Positions 26,923 to 40,640 of a DNA stretch of 64,000 bases are shown here, in pieces. The translations under genes and the position numbers were made by a program. The stretch lies in NCBI RefSeq assembly GCF_032062105.1, contig NW_026933545.1, positions 186,001 to 250,000 on the forward strand, in the 5' to 3' direction. A model generated the notes under the pieces. That model was not told the DNA's origin. It saw only the letters and a program-made list of their open reading frames with translations, and searched no databases. How positions within the stretch are numbered: position 1 is the first letter of the stretch; every line of letters starts with the position of its first letter. The DNA is from Saccostrea cucullata (lineage: Eukaryota).

Positions 26923-28841
26923 CTATCCTCAAGAAAAGCGGGGTTAAATTAAAACCTTAGTTAACACCATTTTCTTTTTTAAAAATTCTCAAAATGTTCA
27001 GATCAGATCAAAATGGTACCAACCTTTAATTGAAATTTTGTACGTTTATAAGACAGATTACATCCTTCCAACTACTTATACAAAATAACGAAGAAATGTA
27101 AGATTAAGGGGTTAATCAAAAATCAATGTATTAATGTTCTTTGACAAACATGTTGGCCATCGCAGTAAACTTAATTATGGGACAATGGGGTTACTGTAAG
27201 ATAGCTAAGTTAATGTTATCAAACAAATAACCTGAATAATATATTAAGGCTCCTATGTAATTTATCATCATAGCAAGTGTGTATATTTTATGCCTTATTA
27301 TGTAATTTTAGTGAGCATGTCTCAGACTTCTAGAAACTAATCACCAGGTTCTTATAAAACCAGATTTACACTAGTCTAGTGATACCGCTATTTTAAAAAA
27401 ACTCTTTTACAGATTTATTTTTGATAAAAACTAAATTTTACCATTCTAGATATTAATTACTTTTCAGAAAATATTCCAGCTTTTATCTTGTTTTATAAAA
27501 CAAATAGAAGTTCTTGCTTGGTAGAGTTGTCCTCACTCACTTCAAGGCCAACAGTGCGATAATTTTTCTTTTCAAATCATCCTTTCAAAAAAGTTCTCTT
27601 ATTTTTGCAGAAAAAATTGTCCTAATTTACTGTTTCTGCAAAGTTAAACTAAACATGATGTCGAAATATGACTTTATAAAAGTTACATCATTCTGTTCAC
27701 ATATACTTTAAATAGAATTTCAAACAACGACAGAACATATTATCTGTTATTAATGAGGTAGCATTGCTTTAATTATATATACATGTGCATTGTTCATTCT
27801 TGCGGTTTATCATCCCTGGCATGATTATTTCACCTCTATGAGACATTACCGGATTCAGGCGAATGGCGAAACGGCACGCAAGACTATTGAGTAGTAAGTT
27901 TTTTAAGTGCGTAAACGCTCGCCGTAACACATATAGTCACTTGTAATTAGTATTAAGAGGTCTTAATTGACAAAAAAATCTTTCACTCCACACTGCTTGC
28001 GAAGGAACAGTTGCTGTCCATATTTTACCGACGTAGGTTTGGCTTGGGATCCACAGTACAACGTTTGGATCAGAGCGACCAATCTTACGACAGAGCTACA
28101 GTGGCCACTTACGTGCACAACATGATACGTTGATGTTGATCAAGTGGCATCAGGGAACTGTAATAGGGAATGGAGAACAATTTTTGATATAATACATTTT
28201 TTTTTATTTTTAGTTATGGAAAAACTAGAAAGAAATACTAGTATAGTGCTGATAAGGAAGTATAAACTACTGAGTTAATACTTTAATTTTTTTTTTCAAT
28301 AGATTTTCCATTAGGAAACACGAAAAAATATCCAAAGTCAGAAAATTTAAGAAAAAATCAAGTTCTTCTTTATACTCATTTATAAAGTAGCTTTAAGTTT
28401 GTAAATTATCAAACAAATATGTATTGTTTCATTACTAAAAACAATGCTTATTCTTGTTTCAAGAGCCTTTAATAATCATTGCACATTTGAATGAAAGAAT
28501 TTTCTATTTTAGGCCTATATAAATCGTAATTAATAAAATAATGGAAAGCCGCTTGGTCTTTCACTATATATTTACGTAAAACATACTGGTATTTTGATAC
28601 ATTTATTCTGAGTAACAACATCAGCAATGAGCAAACACACGGTAAGTTTATTCTGTTACATTAATTGCTAATAACATCCTTTGTCTGAAAACATAGGTGA
28701 TTTGTCACAAAATGTCCTTTTTCAGGTACGATGCATATCATAGAGGTATGTGTGCAGAAATGTCGGCTCCTTTCAGCATCGTGTATGAATATCACAATGT
28801 CAAGCCTTCATTTCGATTTAAATAATGAAGATGGATGTGAT

Positions 28842-31800
28842 TTAGATGGCAGGAACAGGAATGCCTTCATCTGAAATTAAAACAAATTTCCATTTAATCA
28901 TTTTTTTCTAAAATTAAACTAAATACAAAAAGATGAAGATTATGAACAGTGTTTGACCCTAAAAAATCTATAAACAATACAGATCTGTGAAGAGAGCAAA
29001 AATCATTGTAAAGAGAGCAAAAATCATTGTAAAGAGAGCAAAAATCATTGTGAAGAGAGCAAAAATCATTGTAAAGAGAGCAAAAATCATTGTGAAGAGA
29101 GCAAAAATCATTGTAAAGAGAGCAAAAATCATGGACCTCTGGAAATTCCTGAGATGGGGTCATGTGCCCAGGAGGAGTAAGCATACTCTGTTGACCAGTC
29201 ACACCCGTCATTTTCCTTCAGTATTGATCACGTAAACGGAAAAACTTAGTGATAAAAACAAAGGCGTGACAATTGATAGGAAACAAGTCAACCAAACTAC
29301 GATTCAATGGAAAGTTAAATTTACTGATATGGTCATTCTAACGACCGTGGAATTTTCCAGTTGCATATATGGGTCCAACAATTGAAGTGAAAAAAATTAA
29401 TGGCCAAAAAAAATGCTAAAGAAGTCACTAGGTGTAAACCAAGAAGAGCTTGAGTGGGTAGAGGACATCCATCTTTAAAAAATCAAACGGCAAACTTACC
29501 TATCATAACTGCCTGTCTGACGGTTTTAGGACAACAAATGGGAATCATCTGGCCAGAGTACAAACTGCAGGTCCAACCAGGTTGGCAAGCATTGGGAATG
29601 TTTCGTTGACATGGCATTTTCCTCATGTCAGAGTTGGGGGTGATGTCACAAGCTTGATATTCAGCCAATTTATTGTGGCATAAAATAGCACCTTTCATCA
29701 TCTTGAGTTCTGTAAGTTGAAAAGGTTTAGACTGATGAGAAGTGTGATCAGAGCGCATGTAATTGTCTTTTGTTGGGTTACTTTTTACGTTTTACAAAAC
29801 ATTTAAAACTGTGAAGAAATCCCAAGAGAATAAGAATTATGCAAATTTTTCATATAATATCAAGAAATACAAAACATATATTTGAGAAACGCGTCTTCTG
29901 ACCTTCATCTCATGTAGATTTTAAAAACTTTGTTGCAAACAAATTGTTTTCACATTTCTACTATCAACTTACCTAATCCTTGGGCCATAGCATTAGCACG
30001 AGCCATAGTACCATCTGTCATCATTTTCATAGCTGTCTCATTTCCTGGAGCCGGAGGCACAATTCCATTGCAAACAAATTTTTTGGCAAACGGAGGAATT
30101 TCTGAAAGTGAAAGTTTTTTAAAATTTATTTTCAAAGAGCAATACCAAAAGTATAACTTTTGATTTTCTCCAAACTAGAATATCATAAATACATGTAAAT
30201 GCAAAATTTAATATTTTACCTATTCCAGCTTCTTGTGGATTCATTGCCTCTAAAACTCTTGTATTTATACGCCTTTGGAGCATTTGATTCATCATTCCGA
30301 CCAAAGGATTCGCTCCAGTCATGGAATTTCCTGACGTCCATGTGTTCATTCCAGCATTCTGGCCAGTTCCTGGCATCGAATTAGCATTCATGGTTGGCTG
30401 AAGCGATGGGAACTGAACTCTGAATAAATGTTCAGCTTGTCTTTCTGTCATCATTGACAATTGTTCCGGGGAAAGTTGTGATACCTCTGCAGGAACATTG
30501 TTACCGAACCATTGGCTGTATTCTGGATTAGCCGCTGGATTAGTACCTGCAGAGGATGTGGGGTTGCTGGCAGGTGGGTTATTGGCCTGGGCAGCAGTGG
30601 GTACCGGTGCTTGGGCCTTGCTATTTGAAGGTGTATTGGATGTCATGGCTTGCTGAGTTGGAGAGTTATTAAAGGTTGATTGAACAACTGGTATGGATGA
30701 TGGAACTACCACTTTTGGCTTAGTTTGAGGTGGTTCAGCTCTCGTACCTGTATTAGCATTGTTTGGCGAAGGTTCTGGTCCAACTGCTACAATTCTCGGA
30801 GCACTTTTTTCAGGTGGTGCATGTACTTTAATAGAGGGATGAAAACCATTCGATGATGATGGGAGCAGTTCTTTATTGGTCTTTAGCACCTGTCCTTGTC
30901 CTAGTGCACCTGAAATTTGTTGAGATAAAGATGTAAACGTCTTCTGTTTAGGTTGCTGGCTTGTTTTGGAATTGGTGTCTGTTCTTGATAAAAGATTTGG
31001 TCCTTGCTTTTTAAATAGGTCTTTCATGCTAAAACTGGGACCTAGTCCCAGGTTTAATATTGTTCGATGGTCGTTAATTCCACTTTTATTAGTTCTAACT
31101 GGCATATGACTGAGACTCTGGCAATTTATATCTGAAAATATACTAAATAAAGTAACTCCAGGGAAATAGCCTTTAAGAAGCATACAAGGAATATAAATTC
31201 TATGAGACCCCCTTTACCCTTTGAAAATGTTTTTTAAAATGTTCCTGTTAGTGGAAAATTCCGAATTATTGCCATATATAAATGGTCCTCTCTCAATGTA
31301 AGTTACGGTTTTCATTTTTGAAATCCATTTTGGATTATTACTTAACAATACAATGGATTTAAGTTTTCCCATAATAGCCCACTAAACAATAGATAATAGA
31401 GCAGTTCTTTTACCGCTGTTGTCTCATTTATCTTCACAAATATCAGTTGTTGTGGTAGTTTGTGTATAATTTTAATCGAGGAAAAGGACCAGTCGTAAAA
31501 TGCAACTAATGAGATAATAATGGTAGATATCGTTGTTTGTGCTGCAAGGCATACAGCAAGAATCTAACAAGTGGATTATTTTTAAATTAAAATGAGAATT
31601 AATTAAGGCTGGTTCTGGTTTGTATACGTCACTCCGTGTCATTTAAATAAGTTTACGCTGCTCTTGTTCAAAACAACTATTAATTTGCTTCCGGGATCTA
31701 ATTAATTTTCCTTGATGAGGAATTAGTGCGGAGAAAATATCAATTGTCTAGATTTGTGTAATTATAAGATTTTATTATATTTAGTGATCGTTTCTTTCTA

Positions 31801-32194
31801 TTTTATGACAGATTGATTGATATATTTGTTAGAAAGTTTTATTTATCCTTAGCTGAAAAAAAAATGTTTGTTAGTATAGTCTCTTTTGAGTAATACTGGG
31901 CAGTACTAGTATACAATGTATACTGTGTACAGAGTATATTTTTTCCTATCTAATATTCAAAATGTTTACTCTTGTGAAGCATTTACCTTAGATAAATTAA
32001 AAAAAACATGTACATGTATATATTTAAAGATTTACAATACTTGAAAGAAAATATAATTCAAACTTACAGAAAATAATGATTGATTATTTATACTCAAACT
32101 TCTTATGAAGTCTTCTTTATTATCTTTTAAAAGTCAAATAACAATACTTACATGTGAGACTGGACAATAATAAGATACACAAAGTTCCCTTCAT
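28842..32194 (-). CDS. Secreted 440-aa protein with S/T/P/Q/N/M-rich low-complexity region and C-terminal Lustrin-like cysteine module (candidate shell/extracellular matrix protein)
   Basis: Phase-1 exons: 32194-32152, 31131-30220, 30101-29973, 29709-29500 and 28870-28842. Signal-peptide-like MKGTLCILLLSSLTYINC-Q. Near the C-terminus: PCQRNIPNACQPGWTCSLYSGQMIPICCP. Confidence 0.8.
28987..29132. repeat. 21-bp minisatellite x7 inside a Penelope-like-associated repeat in intron 4
   Basis: gt[ag]aagagagcaaaaatcatt repeated 7 times. It explains the spurious KRAKIIV and CSLYNDF ORFs. Confidence 0.95.
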
Positions 32195-33933
32195 TTTCGA
32201 AAAAGTTCTAAAATCCAAGTAAACGAAAGTAAAATTAATCTTAACAGTAGCAACTTCTAAACACAGTCTGCCGACGCCAACCTCTTGGTTTCATTAAAAA
32301 ATGACTGGGTCATTAACATAAACGTGATGACAGCTTGTTTAATTGATGAAACAAACACTTCAAATGCATATGTATTTTAAATTGTCATAATTTATTTCCC
32401 ATTATAATCTTGTCATTTGAACTATACATATTATAATTATGACGCAAATTGCAACAAATTATGAGTTTGTGGTCATCATACATTTTAAATAATGTATATT
32501 TTGTTTCTTTTCTTTTATAGTACTAGATTTTTAAAGTAACAAATTAAACTGACTGATACTTATGAGATCTTAATTACAATGTATGAAATTTAAAAGAGAC
32601 TAATAGGCCCCTGTCTCTTGACACTCGGCTTAGCATCAAGATTACTTTCAAATACAGGATACTTTTCTCATGTACAAGTTTCTCATGTTGCTTTGCTACA
32701 ATTTAATGGTAAAAGTTGTTTTGTAAAAACCTACCAGTAAACAATGATTGATTTCCATGCAAAAAACCTCAAAAAGATTTCAAACCCTTTCTGAAAAATT
32801 TGTATTTCATCAGATAAATTTGGTTTGCATTATTTTTAAATATTTATCCATCTCTTAGATTATGAAATTAAAAATGATGAAAGTCAGTCACAAAGTTTTA
32901 AAAATAACATATGTAGATTTCCTTTTTTTCATCTTCAAGGTTAGGAATGCATGAACATATCTCACAACTAACTTGTTATTTACTCGTTTCTATTTTTAAC
33001 ATGTTAGCTCTAACAAGGACCTGATCCTCTTGTCTAAAATTTATTAACTTTAGAGAAAAATAACAAAATGTTGCTTACAATTTTTCAAGCAAATGTTTGT
33101 GTTCTAAGTGTAAAAAGAATCTTATCAGACTGTTATTTTCTTCCAAAAGTGATAATCTAGCATCAAACTTGGTGGAGACGCGTGAATCCTGGGTCAAGGA
33201 GTAGACTATAAGAATAAGAAAAACGTGCAATTTGCATGTAATAAGTCATATGTATGAAGCAATGAACTAATCAATCTAAAATTACATCGAATTTCAATAA
33301 TTTTAACTTTTGAAATTAGCTATAAGCATGATGAGAATAACAATGAAAAAACTGAAAATGGATATTTTCTTTGATTATATCTATAATCTATCCCTAAATT
33401 ATGATATTTTTAAAGGCATATAATCTTATGTTGAGGTAAAAATTATTTTTGTTTCTTAAAGAGATAGGCCTATGGTCTTTAAAATGTATAAGTTGATTAC
33501 GATAGAAAAACAAATACGACCAGGGGTATTTTAATATCAATTGTCAGACCATTAATTTGAATTGCATATGGGTTTTCCCGTTTGCTTGATCAGGAGTACG
33601 TTGTGAGTTTTCAAAAGGGGATGCTCACCTCCATTACATCTAATCTCGCCCCTGATGTTTTAGAGATCCGTGTTTGTTGTGCTAGTGATTTGCATCGTTT
33701 CAATCGAATTTTGAGTTTAATAACTTTTTGAGTTTGATAACCGTTACCTCAGTAAAAGTACAATAAAATTTGTCGGATGAGGACTCTAAGTACTCCAGAA
33801 TTTTGTTTATGTCGGATATGAATTTTATTCCCATGCAATCTTTATAATGTACTGTAAAAAACTCTTGTTTAGTCTGCATTTCATTTAATGAATGCAGAAA
33901 TCGACTCATGTACTTTTATTCCGTAACTTTACT

Positions 33934-35030
33934 AACAGGAAACATGAAAGATCTGTAGAACATCACCAAGAAGCTAGCTTGGAAGCCAGTGAAAGACAAG
34001 GCAGGGAAACAACTAGAAGGGGAGGAAGAACAAAGAAGGAGATGGAAAGTGCATTTTTGTTGAATTTAGTTCCACATAATTCAAGTATTACACCAGCAGA
34101 CGAAAACCTAGAATAGAGTGGGGGACCATCTACTTAGGAGTAAAATAAATAGCCTTAAAACAGATGAGGAATGGCAAGCCTGATAGCATCCCGGCCGAGG
34201 CACTTAAAACTGATATTGACAACTCAGCCGACGTATACCACCCGCTTTTTCTAAAAATATGGGGGGTAGAAACAATTCCAGAAGAATGGAAAGAAGGATA
34301 CCTCATCAAGCTTCCAAAATGGAGACCTCAGTGATTTCTACAAGGGGAATTCTTGATGTTCCAGGGAAGGTATTCAATAAGATCATACTGAACAAAATGA
34401 AAGAAGACGTGGATGATAAGCTACGTGACCAATGCTTGCGCGTGGGTACCAACGGAAGCGGACACACTCGTAAAAGCAAGAGTAGGAAAGGCCAGAGTAG
34501 CATTCCTGCAACTTGGAAATATCAGGAAGACCAAGGAAATTACAACACGCAGCAAAGTTAGGCTTTTTAATAGCGACATTAAGGCTAACCTTGGTTATAT
34601 TCTGAGATATAGAAGACGACTGTATAACAGGATCCTGACATCCATCAACTCTTGTCTGAGACCCATCCTCCAGACTACTGTAAACCAACTTTCATTCGCG
34701 ACAACTTTATATCGTTTTGATGGAATTTTACGATTAATTTTCGCGATCAAGCATTTTTGGATATGTGGTTAATAGACATATACACTTAAAGGACCGGTTC
34801 GCGGCGAGAAATATTCGCGATGAAAAGGCTCTCGCGAAGAAAATTTCTCGCACGCGAATAAAAGTTTTTTATCAAAATCAGCTAACATATTTGTGGCAAA
34901 GTACAAATCAAGCCCCTTCAGAAAAAGAAATAATGCAGAGAAGGTGGAAGTGGGAAGTGGATAGGATATACTCTACGCAAGGCCCACAATAACATCACAA
35001 GGCAAACATAAGAGAGGCAGTCCAAAAGGG
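33934..35030 (+). mobile_element. Decayed, internally deleted RTE-clade LINE (RT region)
   Basis: Frameshifted peptides PDSIPAEALK, IPEEWKEGYLIKLPK, VPGKVFNKIILNKMKEDVDDKLRDQ, KARVGKARVAF..RLFNS and RRWKW. Confidence 0.8.
34676..34875. mobile_element. Small TA-MITE nested in the RTE fragment
   Basis: tactgtaaaccaactttcattcgcg ... cgcgaataaaagtt, with internal tcgcga repeats. The right end is degraded. Confidence 0.55.
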
Positions 35031-35474
35031 TTCCCGGCATAAGTTAGTAAGTAACTAATACAACTCACGAAGTGTATCGGCTTACAATTATTGCGACAAA
35101 ATGGTCAATTTTTAAAAACAATGGTTTTATATGAGATTTGTTTCAAGGAGTGTTTCAGGAGCATGAACAACATCTCATGATCAAGGTCGGTGCAGTACGG
35201 CACCAACACCAAACGTTATATCAGAGCTGCATCGTATCTACACTGAGTCACTATATGGATCTACGGGTGTTAATGATTGAAGATGAAGAAGCCAACCCTA
35301 TCAAGCGTTGATTCTTTGAATATTCCCGCCAAAACAGACCTCCAGTGAAAAACTGTTTATTAATTGCATACAGGAGGACATGGGTACCATCAATATCAGG
35401 AGATGGAGATTACAGGTGTTTCGGAAAGAGTTTTGATCGATCAGTCAATCAATCAGTCTCAAGAAGAGCGTTCT

Positions 35475-35662
35475 ACTAGACCCCAAATGAAAAGAGAAAG
35501 AATGGAAGACTGAGAACACAATATGGAGAAGGACTTTGAAATAAATAAGAACCATACAGCACCCTTTGGGTATTGCTGACAAGATTAGTCCAAGACAGGC
35601 GGAGATGGAAAGACTTTTTTGCTGCCCTTGACACTAGAAGAGTATAATGAAAGATGATGATG
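35475..35662 (+). mobile_element. RTE LINE 3' end with (GAT)n tail
   Basis: P..KRK.GR....WRR ... QDRRRWKDFFAAL motif followed by gatgatgatga. Confidence 0.6.
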
Positions 35663-37112
35663 ACCACGCAGGCAAGCTCTTGAGGACAATTAACAATTAA
35701 ATTAAAGAGAAAAAAAAACATGTTCTGATTTTTATTTAGTAAATGATACGTTCTGTAATATTCAAAGTTAAATCGATAAAAGTTCTATATACCTGAAATA
35801 AAAGCAGAAAGCTGTTACTAATACATGAGATACATAATTTTTATCTAATTTTATACTTCATAAATATTAGAGCCATTATGTTGTACATCATTCATAGCGT
35901 CATTATCTAAATCATATCATTTTACACTACAACATGCAACACTAGTAAGTTCAATTCTGTGTCTAAATTAAAATATGTATTTTTTTCTTGTAATTTTTTT
36001 TATTAACTAAATAACAAAAATTTAAGTAAAGAGGTAATTTGATATAAACATGCATAAGCTTTTGTCTGCCAGCCTTAGGTAGTATGACATGCAATTTTTA
36101 TGAATTTTAAGGCAAGGAATTTTTCTTTAATTTGCATGGCAATGAAATGCCAGTTTTCAATTTTATTTTAATAATCATGATATTCTGTGATATTTTCACC
36201 TGAATTAATGTAAAATAATTGAAATAACTTAAATCTAGGGTTCAGCTTTTTTTGGAGTATTTGGTGATATTGGGAACATATTATCATGTTTGAAAAAAAT
36301 CTTATTTCCTGTTATCAAGTGGGCAAAATGGTAACATAAAATTCACATTTGTTATTTGATTCAACTATACATTGTAAATATTATATTTCAAAAATTAACA
36401 TCATTGCTTTTGTTGTGTTGTCAGTAATTTGTTGACAAAGGATCAAATTCAGTTTCACTTTACGTAAAATGAGTCGATGTTGAAAGTTTTTTTTTTTCAA
36501 ATAAAACTTTCGATTTATGTATCTTTATCTAATTTTCAATTTTCTGTCATTAAATTGTTAAAATAGAATTGGAATAAAAAATCTTATAAATATATGAGAA
36601 CTTGTTATTCATATATTCGAACAGTTGTGATTCTTATTTGAAAAAAAAAAATTCTTATTGTATTTCTGAAATATATTCTATTTATAAATAAAAATCTGCA
36701 CATTTGCTTTAAAGTAGTCATAATGCAAATTTTTATTGATATATACGAGATCTCAGAGAGACAAAATTCTAACCTTTTAATTCCTTAATACCCGAGAACG
36801 TTTGATTTTTATTTATTTATTTTTTTTATCAAAAGAGTGAAAAGACATCATTTTTATCTATAATCTTGTGTTTTTAATCATAAATCTTGTTGTATAGCTA
36901 GTACATGTATATGTTATTTCATTTATATTCTTTTGCTTATTTATTATGTAAATTATCGCATACTAATATAAATGATATATCAAATATGAATCACATGATA
37001 ATTGAAAATGAATTATAATTGTGCATCTAAATGATTTGGAATAAGAATACTGCAACTTTTCCTTAAAAAAAATCGCAGGATTCCGCGTAAAAATCACATT
37101 TTTACAAAAGAA

Positions 37113-37828
37113 AAACAAGATGTTTTTGTTTTGGCAACAAATTTTATTTTTAGCATATAGGTCACAAGGTCATTGATCTTAGTGTCATTTGAAAGAATAT
37201 GATTAGTTAAGTAGGCATACCAAATATGAAGTCTCTTTCTCTTATGGTTCAGAAGTTATGATGACGGTTCAAAAAAGCTATTTTTAGCATATGGGACACA
37301 GTCAGGGTCACAAGGTCATTGTCCTTGGTGTCTTGTGAAAGGGCTTAATTAGTGGAGTATACAAGCCAAATACTAAGTCTCTATCTTTCTTCGTTCTAAA
37401 GTTATGGCGAAGGTTAAAGTTTGCCGGCAAAAAAAGCTATATTTAGCGTATAGGTCACAGTCAAGGTCACAAGGTCATTGTCCATGGTGTGATTTAAAAG
37501 AACTTAATCAGTAGTGTATGTATACCAAATATGAAGTTTCCATCTTTTATGCTTCAAAAGTTATGGCGAAGGTTGAAGTTTGCAGAAAAAAAAACTGTTT
37601 TTAGCATACAGGTCACAGTCAAGGTCACAAGGTCATTGACCTTGGTGTCATTTGAAAGAGCTTAATAAGTAGAATATGCATACCAAATATGAAGTCTCAA
37701 CCATCCATGGTTCAAAAGTTACGGCGAAGGTTAAAGTTTGCAGACAAACAGACAGACAAATAGACAGACAGACAGACAGACAGGACCAAAACAATATACG
37801 CCTCGGATCTTTCGATTCGGGCGCATAA
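37113..37828 (+). mobile_element. HINE with about four ~157-bp satellite units and a (GACA)n tail
   Basis: ggtcacaaggtcattg recurs at about 37161, 37306, 37466 and 37623. CAGA repeat at 37741-37782, then a terminal hairpin before gcataa. Confidence 0.8.
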
Positions 37829-38389
37829 CAATCATCGAATATCAAGAACACATATAAGATATTAAGGAGTCTGGGGTCAACAAATTAACAACAAATTAAC
37901 CACCAGATATAACTTAAATTTTTAGATATGATATCTTTAGCTGTAAACTATCATTTGACAAAGAAAAATTTCATACATTTTAGTTTTAAAATTTGATCAT
38001 TTTTGTATATCTTTATATGTAGCTCTTCTTATTAAAGAGATCGAAATAGTCTAAAAATGGCCACGACCACCCAGCTCCGTTAAATATATAAATAACAACT
38101 TTCGAAATACAAAACACATAATTTTGAATGTCAATCACAAAATTTTGTGAATAACAAGATGCCTTAATATTATAGCGGTTTTTTTTTTTCGATATTGTTG
38201 CGTATTCTAGCAGTGGTGGGACATGTAATCAGATGTGGATTCTCAAAAACTTGAAACTTTTAGAAAACTTGTAATTTTTCAAAAGTCAGTAACATCAAAA
38301 CCTGTTTTATATTACTATGAAACAGAATTTATATTCAAAAAACTTTAACATGAGTAGAAGAAAACGCCTTCAACACGACATTGAAGTAT

Positions 38390-39070
38390 ATCGGTGATGT
38401 ACTACAGTATGCATTATTCAGTATTAATAAACAATATTTACTTTCATTTATCAATCGATTCGATATGGTCCAGTTAACTTGAAATAAAAGACATCACAGA
38501 GTCTGTCACATCTTTGTCATATTTGGACGTATACCAGTTAACAACTAAATGTTGGACAAACAAGATGACTTCAACATCGCATTTTCCATTGTCAACTTTT
38601 TTTTATGTAGTAACATCCCACTTTCCCCTTGAATATAGTGAATATATCCCTCGACTTATTCGATGCTTAAGAGCATGCGCCTAGTACCATCAAATTTTAA
38701 ACCGAGACAAGTTACTGACATATAAGATGAGATTACCTGGATTTCAGCAGCCTCATTTAAAGTCGGCATTTTGTAAATTCTATGATCCTTACAATAACCT
38801 TGTTAGCAATCGTAACCTTTTATTGGGGCGTATTTTGGCTGAATTGTTTCATACTAATTGTTAGGTCTTTGTTTTATACTGTGTTTGACTACAAAAGTTT
38901 TGTCTACCTGTTCATTACATGGGACGCATTGTCAACAAGGGATGCTTTCTTCTCTTAAAGGCACTTGATCCTAGCTCTAAAATTTCCAGGGATCTGGTTT
39001 TATACCCCCGTTTCAGATTTGTATTGTTTAAAAGCTTTATTTGATCGAACACTATTCGTTACTTTTTTAT
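38390..39070 (+). mobile_element. Decayed Penelope-like element RT C-terminus plus 3' segment
   Basis: Degenerate DK.DDFN..FSIVNF..CSNIP..RLIR..RAC..LLT.K...GF...LKSAFCKFY, followed by gggatgct..ggcacttgatcc. Confidence 0.65.
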
Positions 39071-40087
39071 CTATGCTAAAAGTGAGCAGTGGCTACATTG
39101 CTTTACTGAATTTCTTTTTGTGATCAATTAATTCTTTGTTCATCTGAATATCATTTACTGACTATACTTTTAAAGATTTATTTTTCATGCTAATCCTATT
39201 TTATAGACTAAATACATAAAAAATATATGTCCTAAACATATTTTTATATGCACAAAGATAATTACAATTGTACAAAATTTGCTAATTTTGGCAGAGAATA
39301 ACTCACGGCAAAAAGTGACATTTACAATGACTTCGTGATAAAAATCATTGTAACACAATTACAGTGCATCACGGCATATCAAGAAAAATACATAATTTTG
39401 TCAAAAGTCGTGAAAATTTTAATTGTGAATTATCTTTTACCAACCAAACATGATGTAAACTTTGTTTTAAAACGATATGCTGGGCTTAATTATCTTTTGA
39501 TTTATGAGAGATGGTATGCCCTATGTTCAATTATAATAATGACAAATCTATTCTTATCAACAGATAGACCACGACACATTTTTATGTAATGAATCCATGA
39601 ATTTGTTTAAAGATAATTTCTTTCTTCTACATGTTATTTTTGTATAATACACGTGCAACTGTTTTTCAAATATGAAGAGACTATTTACATACTCCCTCTG
39701 TAACAAAGGAAGTTTGTCGCAATTGAAAGAGCATGTTTTTTTTTTTTTTTGTTTTTTTTTTTTGGAGTTACCGACAGGCTGAATTAGATGAAATGCATCA
39801 ACAGGACTTGGTTTATTTGTTATTTCATTATTTTTACTTTTTAAAAATGCTATCACATGTATTCGCTGTCATAGATTATTTACCCCCAGTCACTTACAAT
39901 GCAGGTAGGCTTTAACTACCGTATTCTTATTCGATATTTGTTAGGCATCAATAAATTTTAGTATAAGTATGATAAGCAAAGAAATAGAGGACATTCAATG
40001 TTTTGTTTTTGAATAAGGAATTGATTTCACGAGTGGAACAGGATTTTTTAGATATTTTCACGAGTGCGAAGCACGAGTGGAAAGATC

Positions 40088-40640
40088 CAGGGGCCACATC
40101 GCTCACCTGAGCACATCGGCTAGGAAAAAAGCATAGATCAGATCAGAACTGAAAAATGTTCCAAGTGGACTACATGTCAATATGTATATTTGTTATTTCA
40201 TTATTTTTGCTTTTTAAAAATGCTATCAAGTGCATTCGCTGTCTTGAAAAGAAGTTTTTAAAGATTTTTCCTATATACATGTACTGTGTAAAACAATGTA
40301 GGTAGGCTTTGAACAAAGCTACCTGAGGATGGTTCCTCATATTTTCATCTTCCCTGGCCCAGTGGTTCTTGAGAAGAAATTTTTAAAGATTTTTCCTATA
40401 TATTCCTATGTAGGCATAAAAAAATTTGAACAAACTAGAATCTACACTACCTGAGGATGATTCCACATGATGGCCAAGTGGTTCAGAAGAAGATTTTTTT
40501 AAAATGCCATTAATTTTTTGAAAGTATCTCCCCAAAGAAGCATACTTTGTACAAGTTTGGTTGAAATATTTAGAAGATGAAAATGTGAAACGTTTACGAC
40601 GACAACGACGACAACGACAACAATGACAAATTTTGATTGT
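40088..40640 (+). mobile_element. HINE remnant with Cg170-like satellite units
   Basis: Starts gggccacatcgctcacctgagc. Contains ctacactacctgaggatg..gaagaagattttt units and a (CGACAA) microsatellite. Confidence 0.7.

Noticed and set aside
28894-29235. Repetitive ORFs (KRAKIIV)n / (CSLYNDF)n and a CRISPR-like look
   Set aside because: This is a spacerless 21-bp intronic minisatellite. The ORFs are artefacts of a stop-free unit, and the context is eukaryotic with no cas genes.
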